Assembly: GCA_963575745.1 (NCBI GenBank)
Contig: CAUYUJ010000323.1
Location: 62,001-115,365, forward strand
Origin: Prorocentrum cordatum
Taxonomy: Eukaryota
Direction of reading: 5' to 3'
DNA: 53,365 nucleotides
Part shown: in pieces, positions 12,401 to 24,216 of the stretch
How the letters are laid out: the number at the start of each line of letters is the position of its first letter
Numbering within the stretch: position 1 is the first letter of the stretch
Position numbers and translations under genes: made by a program
Notes under the pieces: model-generated
Databases searched by the model: none
Told to the model about the DNA's origin: nothing
What the model saw: only the letters and a program-made list of their open reading frames with translations

Positions 12401-13710
12401 CATCATATTCATCATCATCATCATCAGCATCAGCATCATCATCATCATCATCATCATCACAATCATCATCTTAATCAGCAGCATCAGCATCATCGTCATC
12501 ATCATCATCATCACCATCGTCATAATCATCATCGTTGCTGTATGGCGTCGTCGCCGCCGTCGTCGTCAAATTCGTCGTGTTATTCATCCTCATCATCAGC
12601 ACCATCACAATCATCATTACCACCACCAGCATGGTCAGCATCATCACCAAAAGCATCACCAGCATCATCATCATCATCATCATCAGCATCAGCATCATCA
12701 TCATCATCATCAGCATCATCATCAGCATCACAACATGTCTCCTCATCCTCATCATAATCCCCATCCTCATCATAGTCATCCTAGCCATCACCAGTATCAT
12801 CATTATCATCATTGTCATCATTGTCATCATTGTCATCATCATCATGGCCATCATCGTAATCGGCATCATCATCACTCTCATCACCAGCATCACCCTCATC
12901 GACATCACCATCACCACCATCACCACCATCACCACCATCACCCTCCTCCTCATCCTCCTTCTCCTCCTCCTCCTCGTCCTCCTCCTCCTCTTCCTTCCTT
13001 CCTTCCTTCCTTCCTTCCTCCTCCTCCTCCTCCTCCTCCTCCTCTTCCTCCTCCTCCTCCTCCTCCTCCTTTTCCTCCTCCCACTACTCCTACTCCTTCT
13101 CTTCCTCCTCCTCCTCCTCCTCCTCCTCCTCTTTTCTCCTCCTTCCCCTCGTCCTCCTCCTCCTTCTCCTCTTCCTCGTCCTTCCCATCCTTCTCCTCCT
13201 CCTCCTCCTTCTCCTCCTTCTCCTCCCCCCTCCTTTCGATCATGCTCATCCCTCCTCACCCAGCTTCCCTCGTCCCTTCTGCCTCCTCCTTCCTCTGCGT
13301 AGTCCCCCTCCTCCTTCTCTTCCTCCTCCTCCTCTTCCTCCTCCTCCTCCACCCTCTCCTCCTCCTCCACCTCCTCCTCCTCATCCTCCTCCTCCCTGCG
13401 CACGTCAAAGTGCGCGTGGCAGGCACCAGCGACCCCGCCCCCTCCGTCCACCAGCTCTCTCGCGCGCGCGCGCGAGGCTGTCGGCGGAGAGGGATGGGAG
13501 GCTCGCCCCCGTCCTTCGTGGCAGCGTCGAGGCACCTGGACCGTGCACTGGGTGTGCGATCCTCCTCCTCTTCCTTCCTCCTTCTCCTATTTCTCCTCCT
13601 GTTCCTCCTACTTCTCCTCCTCCTCCTCCTCCTCCTTCTCCTCCCCTTCCTCCGCCTCCTTCCTCCTCCTCCTCCTCCTCCTCCTCCTCCTCTTCCTCCT
13701 CCTCCTCGCC
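12395..13710. repeat. Compound (CAT)n / (CTC)n microsatellite block
   Basis: Direct reading. Confidence 0.95.
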
Positions 13711-14201
13711 AGACACTGTCCTACGGGTTATGATCCTCTGGCCGCGCTTGTCAGCTGCCCCAGGGTGAAAGAGGAAGGATGGGCGAGGGATGCGGAGGTC
13801 CAGTGGACTTGACAAGTAGGGAAGAAAAGACGGGGGACGAGGAGGAGGAGGAACAGGAGGAGAGCAGCTCGCAGGCGGCGACATACACCGCGTTGGAAGT
13901 ACAAATCCATGAATTTTCAGATTGGCATCGCGCGGGGCAGATCGGGTAGGTTGGCTCGAATGCGCGTTCGGCATGTGGCTCATGATATTTTGATTGCCGG
14001 TGACCGCCATGGTCGTTCTCATTACGACGATGGTTACGTTGTTGGTGACAGTCGAGGTGATGGCGGTGATCACGGCCAGTACCATGATGATTAGCACCGC
14101 CATGATGACATGACCACGGTGGCCACCTTCATGATGCTTGGCCATGACCATCATAGTGATCACGATGACGAGCCCAACCCCATCCCTCCTTCGACTCCTA
14201 G

Positions 14202-14273
14202 CGAAGAGTCGCTGTGGCGGGACGGGACTTGATCCCATGCTCGAGTTTGATTCGTTTCACATTTCCATATCAG
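14202..14273 (+). CDS. Candidate internal exon (72 nt; KSRCGGTGLDPMLEFDSFHISIS)
   Basis: CTAG acceptor after pyrimidine-rich stretch, AG|GC donor, open frame, non-repetitive island. Confidence 0.3.
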
Positions 14274-14452
14274 GCTGCATCAGGCCCGTCCCGCGGTTGA
14301 TCACGCCCCAGCCGAGTGACACTTCCTAAGGAGATCGGACTTCCTCTGATGTATGAGCCCCAAGCGTTACTTCCGGGGCCCCGACCGTGCGGCCCGGCGC
14401 GGGGAGCGCGCGGCCCGTGGTGGCGCGCAACCGCGCGGTAGCGCGCGAAGGA

Positions 14453-14551
14453 CTCGGCGTCGCTCGGACGTGTGCATTCTTCTCAGCGAGGACCATCGAA
14501 GAGCATCCCGGATCATCGATCCAACAAAAAAACACGCACGAAACCGACATG
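14453..14551. mobile_element. MITE family B copy 1 (right end degenerate)
   Basis: Colinear with 31881-32011 and 37832-37957 (TCGCTCGGACGTG...CACGCACGAAACC). Confidence 0.65.
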
Positions 14552-16440
14552 GCGCAGCCAGGTCCCCCCGATGGACGTGCACACTCGGCTACGGTTGCCC
14601 TGGCCCGGGGGGGCCACGCCTGCAGCCCCCGACAGGATCGTCTGTCGGCCCGGAGGAGGAGCGCGGCCTCATCCTTCGAGGTGCGAGGTCGAGGACCCAC
14701 AGATCCGACGTTCTAGAAAAATGGGAGCGGCGTGTTTTGGGCCACCAGGGGCCCGCGCTGGGCCTCGGGACCGCCACAGCACGGCTCAGGACGAGAATCT
14801 GGCCCCGGGGAGGCGGTCCAGACCTCTTGGGGCCCACGCGTCGAAAGCAGTGGAGCAGCTGGATGTCTGGGGACGCGGCTTTTTTTTAGCGGCCCCAGTG
14901 CTTGGGAAATGGCAGCACGGCGCTTGTGGGACCGGGAGGCTGCAGGCTCGCCGAAGGCTTCTGCGCGGGCCGCGGGTCGTTGTGGTGAGGAGCGCCCGGC
15001 ATGGGGGGGGGGCCACGTGCAGGTGAGGAACAGCGCCGCACAGGGGCGATGCTTACGTCAGCGCCGAGATCAAGGAATGAACGCGTCCCTTTCGGCAACA
15101 GCACCGAGTGGGTTCCAGGGGTGCGTGGATTCCTGCGCGGAGTGTGCCAGGCATGTCATGTCCTCAGGTTGGTCGACACCCTCATACTTCCCAAGGCCGT
15201 TCGGCAAAATACAGAGGAGGTGCGTACGGGCGGCTTGAAGATTTGATTTCACCCGCTTGATGTGTTGCCCCGGATGCCGCACTTCCCTGTGGACTACAGT
15301 CGGCACTGATTAGTAGGTCGATCCTGCCAACTCAAACCCTCTGTGTCTTGTGTCTCGCGACCTATGCCTCCTACATTCCGACAGCCATTTGGCACTCGGA
15401 AGAGTATTGTGTCCTCTCGCGTGTCTTGTGCAATCAAGTCCGACTGTAATACGCAAGTCGTATTCGAGGCGCGCACCAGCAACAAACGCAACATCCTGTT
15501 TACCAACACGCTGGCGCGCAGTATGCGCACATTGCTTCCATCTGCGTGGTTATCGCAGTCGGCTTGGTGGGCGCGGGCGATGCGCGATGACCGCGCGTAA
15601 TGAACGTGAATACACGGGAACGAAAATTTAGCACGACGTTCCCAAGGAAAGGTCAGCACCACCTCTGTGTGGTGGTAATTTTCCGCGGCGTACATCAGGC
15701 TTGAACCATCGCTTTTCCAGACGAGACGGAAGGATTCCGACCCAGCCTGTGCTAACGTTTCATGAGAAGCGCATGATACTTGTGTATTCGGCAAGTAGCA
15801 TGGACCGTTGTGCGCGCGACTTGTACCTTCGGATGCAACTCCTGGGAAGTTGAATTCTGAATTTGCCCTGGTCCGAGATCCCGTTTAATCCGGTTTGATC
15901 CTGTTTAATCCGTCTTAATCCCGCTCAAATTGGCGCAATCCCGCATAATCCGCGGCCTAATCCGGCGTAGCAGCCCCCCAATGGGGCTTCATCCGCCTTC
16001 ATGTTGACGACGAAGACCTCCAAGTAGTTGTCGCCGAACGTGTGCACAGCCCGAAACCCAGAAGGAGGACATTGCGGCGGCGAGATGGCGAAGCCGCCTT
16101 GGATGTTCGAGGCATTCTGAAAGTGGGATGGGGATAGTTATGGATGCCCCCTTCAAAGAGACAGATATGCACGTAGCACCCCGCAGTTGCGGATAAGAGT
16201 GCGGGAGCGACGTGGACTTCGGCTGTTTGCGAGCCCTGAAGAAGCGCGACGCAGGTGCCGAGTTTCTACAAATTATACCACGAACCCGCCGCAGGCGCCG
16301 ATTTCTTTCGACAATGGTGGTAAGACGCGGGGTGTGTCGCGGGCGGCTGGCGGGTGGGTCGCGGGTGGGTCGCTGGCGGGTCGCGGGGGGGTCGCGGGCG
16401 GGTCGCGGGTGGGTCGCGGGCCAGTTCGCGGGGGGGGGCG

Positions 16441-16770
16441 ACGACAACGAACAGCAAACAACAACAACAACAACAACAACAACCACAACAACAACAACAA
16501 GAATAACAACAATAACAACAACAACAGCAATGATGATAATAATAATAATGATAATCTTGGTCATTTTAATAATACTACTACTAATAATAATAACGATGAT
16601 GATAATAATACTACTAATAACAATAATCATCATCATAATAATAATGATCAGAATAATAATCACAATGATAATAATAATGGTAATGCTAATAACTATTATC
16701 CTCATAATAATATCAATAACCATAACAATAACAACAACAAAACCAACAATAATAATAACAACAACAATCA
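16441..16770. repeat. (AAC)n/(AAT)n microsatellite, preceded by a 12-bp GGGTGGGTCGCG-type array (16330-16430)
   Basis: Direct reading. Confidence 0.9.
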
Positions 16771-16878
16771 TTTTAATACTGTTCGCTCTTATCTGCTCGC
16801 GTGTCATTCAATATGCATATCCCAAACCCTGGATACCCGCCTTCTTCGTCTTCGATCGTACCCCCCCTTTTGGGGGGT
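16769..16878 (+). repeat. Dispersed repeat abutting (AAC)n; inverted copy at 21331-21437
   Basis: CATTTTAATACTGTTCGCTCTTATCTGCTCGCGTGTCATTCAA...CTTCGTCTTCGATC matches the reverse complement of 21331-21437. Confidence 0.8.
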
Positions 16879-17100
16879 ACACACATTCCCTGCCACGTGT
16901 GGTTGGTGAAGCCCCTGAAAAGAGAGAGCGTGAACCACCGCCGCTTTACTGTGGAACATTCCCCCCCCTCTTCCTCCGGAACCCGGGGTTCCCCCCCCCC
17001 CCCTCCGACCCCCCCCCCCGCTGGACCCCTCCCCCCCCCCCCTCCCCCGGCAAAACCCACCCCCCCCCTGACCCCCCCCCTCCCCTAACCCCTCCCCCCC

Positions 17101-18050
17101 CCCCCCCCTCGAAAACCGGGGGGTGTCACTACCGGTTCGAACCCTCCCCCCCCCCCCCTCGAAAACCGGAGGGGGGGTCACTACCGGTTCGAACCCCTCC
17201 CCCCCCCCCTCACCGCCAGCACACGTTTCCCTGTCCCTACCACCGTCCGCACCACATCCCCCATTGCTGTTCCCAGCACCATTGTCCTCACCACCACCGT
17301 CCCAACTGGTTCCACCACCGTCCCTACTGTCCCCACCAGTGCCCCCACCACTGTCGCACTGTCCCCACCACTGTTCCCACCACGGTTCCACTCTCCCCAC
17401 ATTCTCCACGGCCCCAACCACTGCCCGACTATCCCCAGTGTCCCCACTGTCCCACTGACTCCTCCGCTGTCCCACTGAGCTGTTCCACTGTTCCCACCAC
17501 TGTCCTCACTGTTCCCACCACTGTCCCCACTGTACTTCTGTCCCATTGTCCCACCGCCGTCCTCGCCACCGCCTTCACCACTGTCCCCACCACCACTGTA
17601 CCCTCCACTGTCCCACTGGTCCAACCACATTCCCACTGTCCCCACACCACCGTCCCCACCACCACCGTCCCCACCACTGTCCCACTGTCCCCACTGTTCC
17701 CACCATTGTCCTCACCTGTCCCCACTACTACCGTCCCCACCACTGTCCCACTGTCCCCACCACTGCCCCGCTGTCCCCTCACCACTGTCCCCACCACCAC
17801 CGTCCCCACCACTGTCCGCACCCCCTCCGGGTTTTCGAGGGGGGGGGGGGGTTCGAACCGGTAGTGACCTCCACCGGTTTTCGGTTTTCGAAGGGGGGGG
17901 GGCGTTCGAACCGGTAGTGACCCCCCCCTTTTCACGATGGATGGATTGGGGGGGGGTGGGGGGGAGGGATTCGAACCGATAGTGACCCCCCCCGGTTTTC
18001 AAGAGAGGGGGGGGAGGGGTTGGAACCGGTAGTGACCCCCCCCGGTTTTC
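17101..18050. mobile_element. Foldback-like element with modular inverted arms and CCCACCACTGT-type core
   Basis: GTCACTACCGGTTCGAACC x2 on the left, reverse complement x4 on the right (~17851, 17904, 17969, 18020). Confidence 0.7.
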
Positions 18051-18449
18051 CGCCAGCAGCGGTAGAACACGCTTTTTCAAAACGAAGGGTAACAGATAAC
18101 GGGGGAGAATGAGGACGAAGGGATCGGAGGAAGGGAGGGGAGGGGCACATATCTCAGCAAACAAGTCACATCACATATCGCAATGGAGGAGAGGGCCACA
18201 TCAAAGCACATATCACAGCAAGTCACATCACATATCATAAGGGAGGAGAGGGCCACGAAGGGCGACAGCGGGGCTACGAAGGGCATGCGTATGGTTGCGA
18301 GGAAGTCCAAAGCGAGAGCGCGATTCTCCAATAAACTGTGAGGAAGTATCAGGCGGGAGCCGCGATTCGGTGGTAAATCGCAAGGAAGTCCCAAGCGAGA
18401 GCGCGCTTCTTCAATACATTAAAGTATCAGGCGGGAGCCGTTGTTGGCG

Positions 18450-19200
18450 CGGGCCACGACGGGCGCGAACGAGCGGGGGTCACGAGGGGCATACGTATCG
18501 GGGGCCGCAGAGGGCAGCGACGGAGCCGCTGAGGGCAGAAACGGAGCCACGAAGGGCAGAGAGGGGGCCACGAAGGGCGACAGCGGGGCCACGAAGGGCA
18601 TGCATATGGGGCCACGACGGGTGCGAACGAGCGGGGGCCACGAAGGGCGCACATATATGGGGCCAGGAAGGGCGACAGCAGGGCCACTGAGCGCAGAAAG
18701 TGGGCCACGAAGGGCAGCGAGGGGGCCACGAATGGCGATAGCGGGGCGGCGAAACGCATGCGTATGGGACCACGGAGGGCGCGAGCGAGCGGGGGCCACG
18801 AAGGGCAATTAATCTGGGGCCACAGAGGGCAGCGACGGGGCCGCTGAGGGCAGAAACGGGGCCACGAAGGGCAGAGAGGGGCCCACGAAGGGCGACAGCG
18901 GGGCCACGAAGGGCATGCATATGGGGCCACGACGGGCGTGAACGAGCGGAGGCCACGAAGGGCATTCGTATATGGGGCCACAAAGGGCGACAGCGGGGCC
19001 ACTGAGGGCAGCAAAGGGGCCACGAAGGGCAGCGAGAGGGCCGCGAAGGGCGACAGCGGGGCGACGGAACGCATGCGTATGAACCACGACGGGCGATTGC
19101 GAGCGGGGGCCATGAAGGGCATATAATGCGGGGCCACAATGGGCAGCGACGGGGCCACTCAGAGCAGCAACGGGGCCACGAAGGGCAGCGAGCGAAGGTT
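18450..19200. repeat. ~21-bp minisatellite (GGGGCCACGAAGGGCGACAGC variants)
   Basis: Direct reading. Confidence 0.9.
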
Positions 19201-19359
19201 ACCGCGGAACCAGTACGGGCAGCGAGGGACATCGAAGGCGGGCGAAGGGCAGCGAGCGGCGACTGCAGTCCCTAACGGGCTGGTCGGGCGGGCAGGCCCA
19301 GACGGGCGGGTCGAGTGAGCGGGTCATTGAAGATTAAATTCTTCTTGAACCGCCAGGCA

Positions 19360-19742
19360 AAATGTAGCGGGAGCGCGATTCCTGAGTGTCGAGGAGCGGC
19401 ATTTGAATAAATTGTAAGGAAGTGTCAGGCGAGAGCCGCGATTCGGTGGTAAGTTGCGAGGAAGTCCCAAGCGAGAGAGCGATTCTTCAATACATTGTGA
19501 GGAAGTATCAGACGGGAGCCGCGATTCGGTGGTAAACCGCAAGGAAGTCCCAAGCGAGAGCGCGATTCTTCAATACATTGTGAGGAAGTATCAGACGGGA
19601 GCCGCGATTCGGTGGTAAACCGCAAGGAAGTCCCAAGCGAGATCGCGATTCTTCAATACATTGTGAGGAAGTATCAGGCGGGAGCCGTTGTTGTTGTTGT
19701 TGAACATTATTTCTTTTAAAGAATAATTATTGTTGGGGCCCC
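19360..19742 (+). repeat. ~81-bp (2 x ~40) tandem repeat; also present at 18299-18440
   Basis: GAAGTCCCAAGCGAGAGCGCGATTCTTCAATACATTGTGAGGAAGTATCAGACGGGAGCCGCGATTCGGTGGTAAACCGCAAG, about 3 copies. Confidence 0.9.
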
Positions 19743-20464
19743 TGGTGCACGGCCCCCCCGCCGCGCCTAGGCCGCAGCCACATTTTCATCATTTTCGTGA
19801 GGAAGTCTCAGGCAAAACGATGTGATCCAGATCCGGTTGTTTTGTTCCCCCCCGCTTTCCCTTGCAAAAAACAATATAAAATGACATTTCTTGTTCTAAC
19901 ATAACCAATTTCAAGAATCCCTTGCAAAAAATAAGGTAAAGTGGACATTCGCGCGCGCAAGACGAAATCCGTCCAAAACCTTAGTTTTCGTAGCGATTTT
20001 AACATACAAACATAACAAAAACGTATGGTTTTTCAATAAAAAAACTTGTCAACATTTCATCCCGCGCGCTCTTGCGGATTCGTAGGAAACCCAACACTTT
20101 TTAAACATTTCTGTCAAACGGGCTTTTGCGAGCAACTTTTTCGAACTTCTGCAACAACGGTTGCGCACCTGCCAGGGCCATCATCCCTGTCAAATAATAC
20201 CATGCGGGACACATTCGTTTTTTCTTCGCGCGCGCACGCCGTCGTCGTCGGCCGCGGGGCCCTGAATAGTAGCCACGGTCGTCCGCATGCCACGAAGTGA
20301 AGTGTCCGAACGTCATAGGGCGGGAAGCTGGGTGTGGGTGGTGGCGAAGAGTCGTTTGGAAATTTGGTAGAGCTTGAACCGGCCCCCCCACAAAGTGGGG
20401 GTATTGCCCGCCTCCTATGAAAACCCTGGCACTGGTGAGAACGGAGTGTCCCCACGTGCTAGTA

Positions 20465-21080
20465 ATTGTTGTTGTTGTTGAACTCTCATTCTTGAAGAAT
20501 AATTATTGTTGACCCCCCCCACCGGTGCACATTGATTTTTTTCGATTGAAGTGCCACCCCCGGGGCTCGCACTTTGTTTTTTCTCAAAGAAAGTCTTCCT
20601 GCTCAAACTGTGCCCCTGCCCCCCGGGCTACAACAACAACGGCTCCCGCCTGAGACTTCTTCGATTTTTACTCAGGACCCCCGCTCCCGCCTGAGACTTC
20701 CGCGCAATTTACTCAGGAAAGGCGCTCCCGTCTGAGACTTCCTCGCAATGTAATCAAGACCCCCGTTCCCGCTTGAGACTTCCGTGCAATTTACGTGGGA
20801 ACGGCGCTCCCGCGTGAGACTTCTTCGAATTTTACTCAGGACCCCCGCTCCTGCTTGACATTTCCGCGCAATTGACTCAGGAACGGCGCTCCCGCCTGAG
20901 ACTTCTTTTCAATTTAGTGAGAACCCCCGCTCCCGCCTGAGACTTCCGTGCAATTTGCTCAGGAACGGCGCTCCCGCTTGAGACTTCCTCGCAACTTAGT
21001 CAGGGCCCCCGTTTCCGCCTGAGATTTCCTCACAATGTACTCAGGACTGCGCTCTCGCGTGCGACGTCCTCACAAATTAT
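20465..21080 (-). repeat. Same family as 19360-19742, opposite orientation: terminal module plus ~41-bp tandem array
   Basis: CGCTCCCGCCTGAGACTTCC units (~10) are the reverse complement of GGAAGTMTCAGGCGGGAGC; module 20465-20640 is inverted at ~21510-21690 and related at ~32630-32785. Confidence 0.8.
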
Positions 21081-21447
21081 TCTGGAATTGCGTTTCGGCG
21101 TTCAGGAACCACGCACGCGCCAAGGACGCCTTCACAACGTGGTATCTTCCCTCTTCCTTCGTCCTTCCCCCTCCCCTTCCTCCCACTCTCCCTCGTTCTT
21201 CCCCTCCTCCTCTTGCAGGGCCCGCGCCAATTCCAATGGCGGGCAGAGAGATGTACGCCCCCGAAGGATTGTCCGCCCGTTCCGGTTTGCCCGTACGTCT
21301 AAGCCCGCCGGCCCCAGCAAAGAGAAATAATCCCCCCGAAAGGGGTGTGATCGAAGACGAAGAGGGCGGGCATCGAGGGTGTAGGGTATACGTGTTGAAT
21401 GACTCGCGGGCAAGTAAGAGCGCACAGCCTTAAAATGGTTGGTGTTG

Positions 21448-21479
<32 letters not shown>

Positions 21480-22454
21480 GGTGGTGGTGGTGGTGGTGGT
21501 GTTGGTGTTGTTGTTGTTGTTGCAAGCCGGGGGCCAACAACGCAGTTTGACCTTCAAGACTTTCCCTTGTAAAAAACAGGGTGCGAGCCCCGGGAAGGGC
21601 ACTTCAACCGAAAAAACAATGTACACCGGACGGGGGGGTCAACAATAATTTTTATTCAGAAGTGAGAGTTCAACAATAACAACAACAAGTGTAGGTGGAG
21701 AAAGCGGAGGTGGAGGGGGTTGAGGCCGCAGCGGCCATGGGCGCGGCGGCGCCACACTGCGGCTGCCTCGAGGACGGCTGCGGGGACGACGCGGAGGCGC
21801 GCGCCCTCGCCTCCGCGGCTCGTCGCTGTCGCTCCGCCCCCCGCGCGCGGCAGCCAGGGCTCGTTTCGAATTTCCCGATCCGCGTCGATTCGACTTGGAT
21901 GGATTCCGGTTCCGATTCGATTCGGCTTCGGATTCCGATGCGGATTCCGATTCCTCAATGAAACCTTCCTGCTATGCCGATTTCCTCCGATTCGACTTTT
22001 CCCCACTCGGCTGCCGAGGTCCGCCGATCCGATTCGTTTGGATGGCCGATCCGACTTGTCGATTCGATCCTGGGCTCTCCTGCGGCAGCGCGCGGGGGGG
22101 CGCGGGCCTCTGAAAGCGTGGGGGAGGGGGGGGGGGGAGTGGGGGGGCCTCTGCGCCCCGCGGGGCGGCGTCGCCCTACCGCCACAGGGAGGGCGCCGCG
22201 AGGCGGGAGGCGCGGGGGAAGCTCGAGCGTTACCGGGAGCTGTTCCGTCGTGTTCGGCGCCCCGGGGGGGGGGTCCATCGGCTGCGCCTCGCCGTGGGGG
22301 GGGAGGTCGTCCCGAACGGCCCGCCGGAGGGCCGAGCTGTGATCGGAAAGCGGGGGGGCGGGGCGAGGGAGAAGAGAGAGGATACATTGGGTGCGCTCGC
22401 GCCTCATGCAACATCCTATCCCTCCCGCCCATCCCTTCCCATGGCGCCGAGTTT

Positions 22455-22518
<64 letters not shown>

Positions 22519-22523
<5 letters not shown>

Positions 22524-22540
22524 AGCCATTTTGGCTCAAG
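22519..22540 (+). other. Dinoflagellate spliced leader (DinoSL), complete genomic copy
   Basis: TCCGTAGCCATTTTGGCTCAAG is an exact match to DCCGTAGCCATTTTGGCTCAAG. Confidence 0.97.
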
Positions 22541-22665
22541 CTCGGGCTCGAGCCGTTCAGGATCCTTGCCGGCTCGCGCCTTCCCCAGGGCTGATGGCCA
22601 TTGTGCTGCTGGCTTGAGCGCTTCCGCCAGGTGTGCGGCAGTGAACGCTGGGGGGATACCGGTGC

Positions 22666-24030
22666 ATGGTATCAAGGGATCCCGAGTTGCGCATCTTCGT
22701 GCCAGCGCACCTCGTCAACGGCGACCTCGGGGCGCGCGTTGCAGCGTTTGCAGCGCATTTCGGCTCACTAGACGTTGTTCTTCTCGATGGCGGACTCGCA
22801 GCGCCGGTTCTGCCACCCGCCGCCGCCGCCGCCCCCGGCACATGGCTGCCGGCAGCCCGCGGAGGTGGAGCAGCTCGAGCAGGCGCCGGTGAAGCAGCTC
22901 CCGCGTTGGGAGCGCCTGCGCCTCGCTGTGGAGGCGCAGAGGGCTTCGGAGGTGCAGTCCGACAAGCAGGTGAAGCCGCAGGTGGAGGTTCCGGTGATCT
23001 CGCCCTTTTCCCCCCCGCCTGGGGATTTCAGATCGTATCCCAGTCCAGTGGCTACGGTGCAGGCGGTTTCGCCTCCCAGGGCCATGGCGGCGGATGCGGC
23101 GAGTTCTTCGGCGGAGCAGGGTACCACTACGAGCACTACCATTCCACCGGCGCCCAAGAAGAGGCGTCGCAAACACATGTTGAGCGACTACAAGCGCATC
23201 CTCAAGCGCATAACGGAGGACATGCCCACTGGTCAGGAGCCGGACAGGACGGAAATCGCAGCTTTGGCGATGGGGTGGTGGCCTCCTTCGCCGCCTGCTC
23301 CGGTCACGCCGCCGTCACCTCCGACTCCGCCAGCAGGAACGAGGATCCCACGGACGCCACCTCGGAGGTGAGGACCTTCTACATCGGCGACGGGTCCTTT
23401 CCCGATGCAGGTGGTGAAGGTGCAGCCCCCGACATGTCAGCCCTTAGTGGCGGTGTCACGCTTGACGGCTCTGGCACGTCAGCCGTCAGTGGCGGTGCCT
23501 CGGAGTCGCCTTTCGGTGTAGGCACGTCAGCCCAGAGTGGCGGTGTCCTGGACATGTCAGCCCATAGTGGCGGTGTCCATCACGAGTGGGATGATTTTTC
23601 CTCGTCTTCTTCTGTACCCTCGCTGGCTGCTGGCGCTACGGAGGTGGCCCCGACGAGGAAGAAGAAGAATCGGCGCAAGAAGAATAAGAAGAAGGTGAGT
23701 TCGCATGTGACCGAGCCCGGTCCGGAGCAGCTGCAGGTTTCTGGCGCTCCTCCGGACGCGATGCCTTCCATTTTTGAGGCCTCCCGTGAGGACCTCGCCA
23801 CGGACATCCAGTCTGGAGCTTTTTCACAAGATGCGAAAGAGTTGGACGACACTGACGTTGCCTTGCTGGGCCGCTTCGCTGACGGCGAAGCTGTGCTCTC
23901 GGAGTTGCAGCAGCAGCCGTCGCTGCGGGCACCGGCGTTGGAGGTCGCCTCTCGGCTGATGGCAGCAGGTGCGAATTCGAATGTTGCTTTCCTGCCAATT
24001 GTGCAGGGCCTTGCGACGCAGCAGACATGA
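22666..24030 (+). CDS. 454-aa uninterrupted ORF of unknown function in an SL-headed retrocopy
   Basis: First ATG 125 nt after the SL, no stops, Lys/Arg-rich NLS-like stretch, four SAxSGG repeats; ~130-nt 3' UTR then short A-run and (TA)n. Confidence 0.6.
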   Translation: MVSRDPELRIFVPAHLVNGDLGARVAAFAAHFGSLDVVLLDGGLAAPVLPPAAAAAPGTWLPAARGGGAARAGAGEAAPALGAPAPRCGGAEGFGGAVRQAGEAAGGGSGDLALFPPAWGFQIVSQSSGYGAGGFASQGHGGGCGEFFGGAGYHYEHYHSTGAQEEASQTHVERLQAHPQAHNGGHAHWSGAGQDGNRSFGDGVVASFAACSGHAAVTSDSASRNEDPTDATSEVRTFYIGDGSFPDAGGEGAAPDMSALSGGVTLDGSGTSAVSGGASESPFGVGTSAQSGGVLDMSAHSGGVHHEWDDFSSSSSVPSLAAGATEVAPTRKKKNRRKKNKKKVSSHVTEPGPEQLQVSGAPPDAMPSIFEASREDLATDIQSGAFSQDAKELDDTDVALLGRFADGEAVLSELQQQPSLRAPALEVASRLMAAGANSNVAFLPIVQGLATQQT

Positions 24031-24179
24031 TGTCCACTCTGGGGTTTTTATCTTAGCAAATGCCAGACTTTGTGATACCCTGGCTTTTACGCGCTTTCAT
24101 ATTTTCCTGCTTGCCAATCTCTACGGAAGCTTGTCACAGCAGCTGCCTACAGGAAAAATCTATATATATACATATATGT

Positions 24180-24216
<37 letters not shown>

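Noticed and set aside
18419..19232. Repetitive ORFs (PFVAP / GATKG)
   Set aside because: Products of a GC-rich 21-bp minisatellite, open in several frames
22519..22600. SL RNA gene
   Set aside because: SL is not followed by a GT donor or SL intron; it leads into a UTR and ORF
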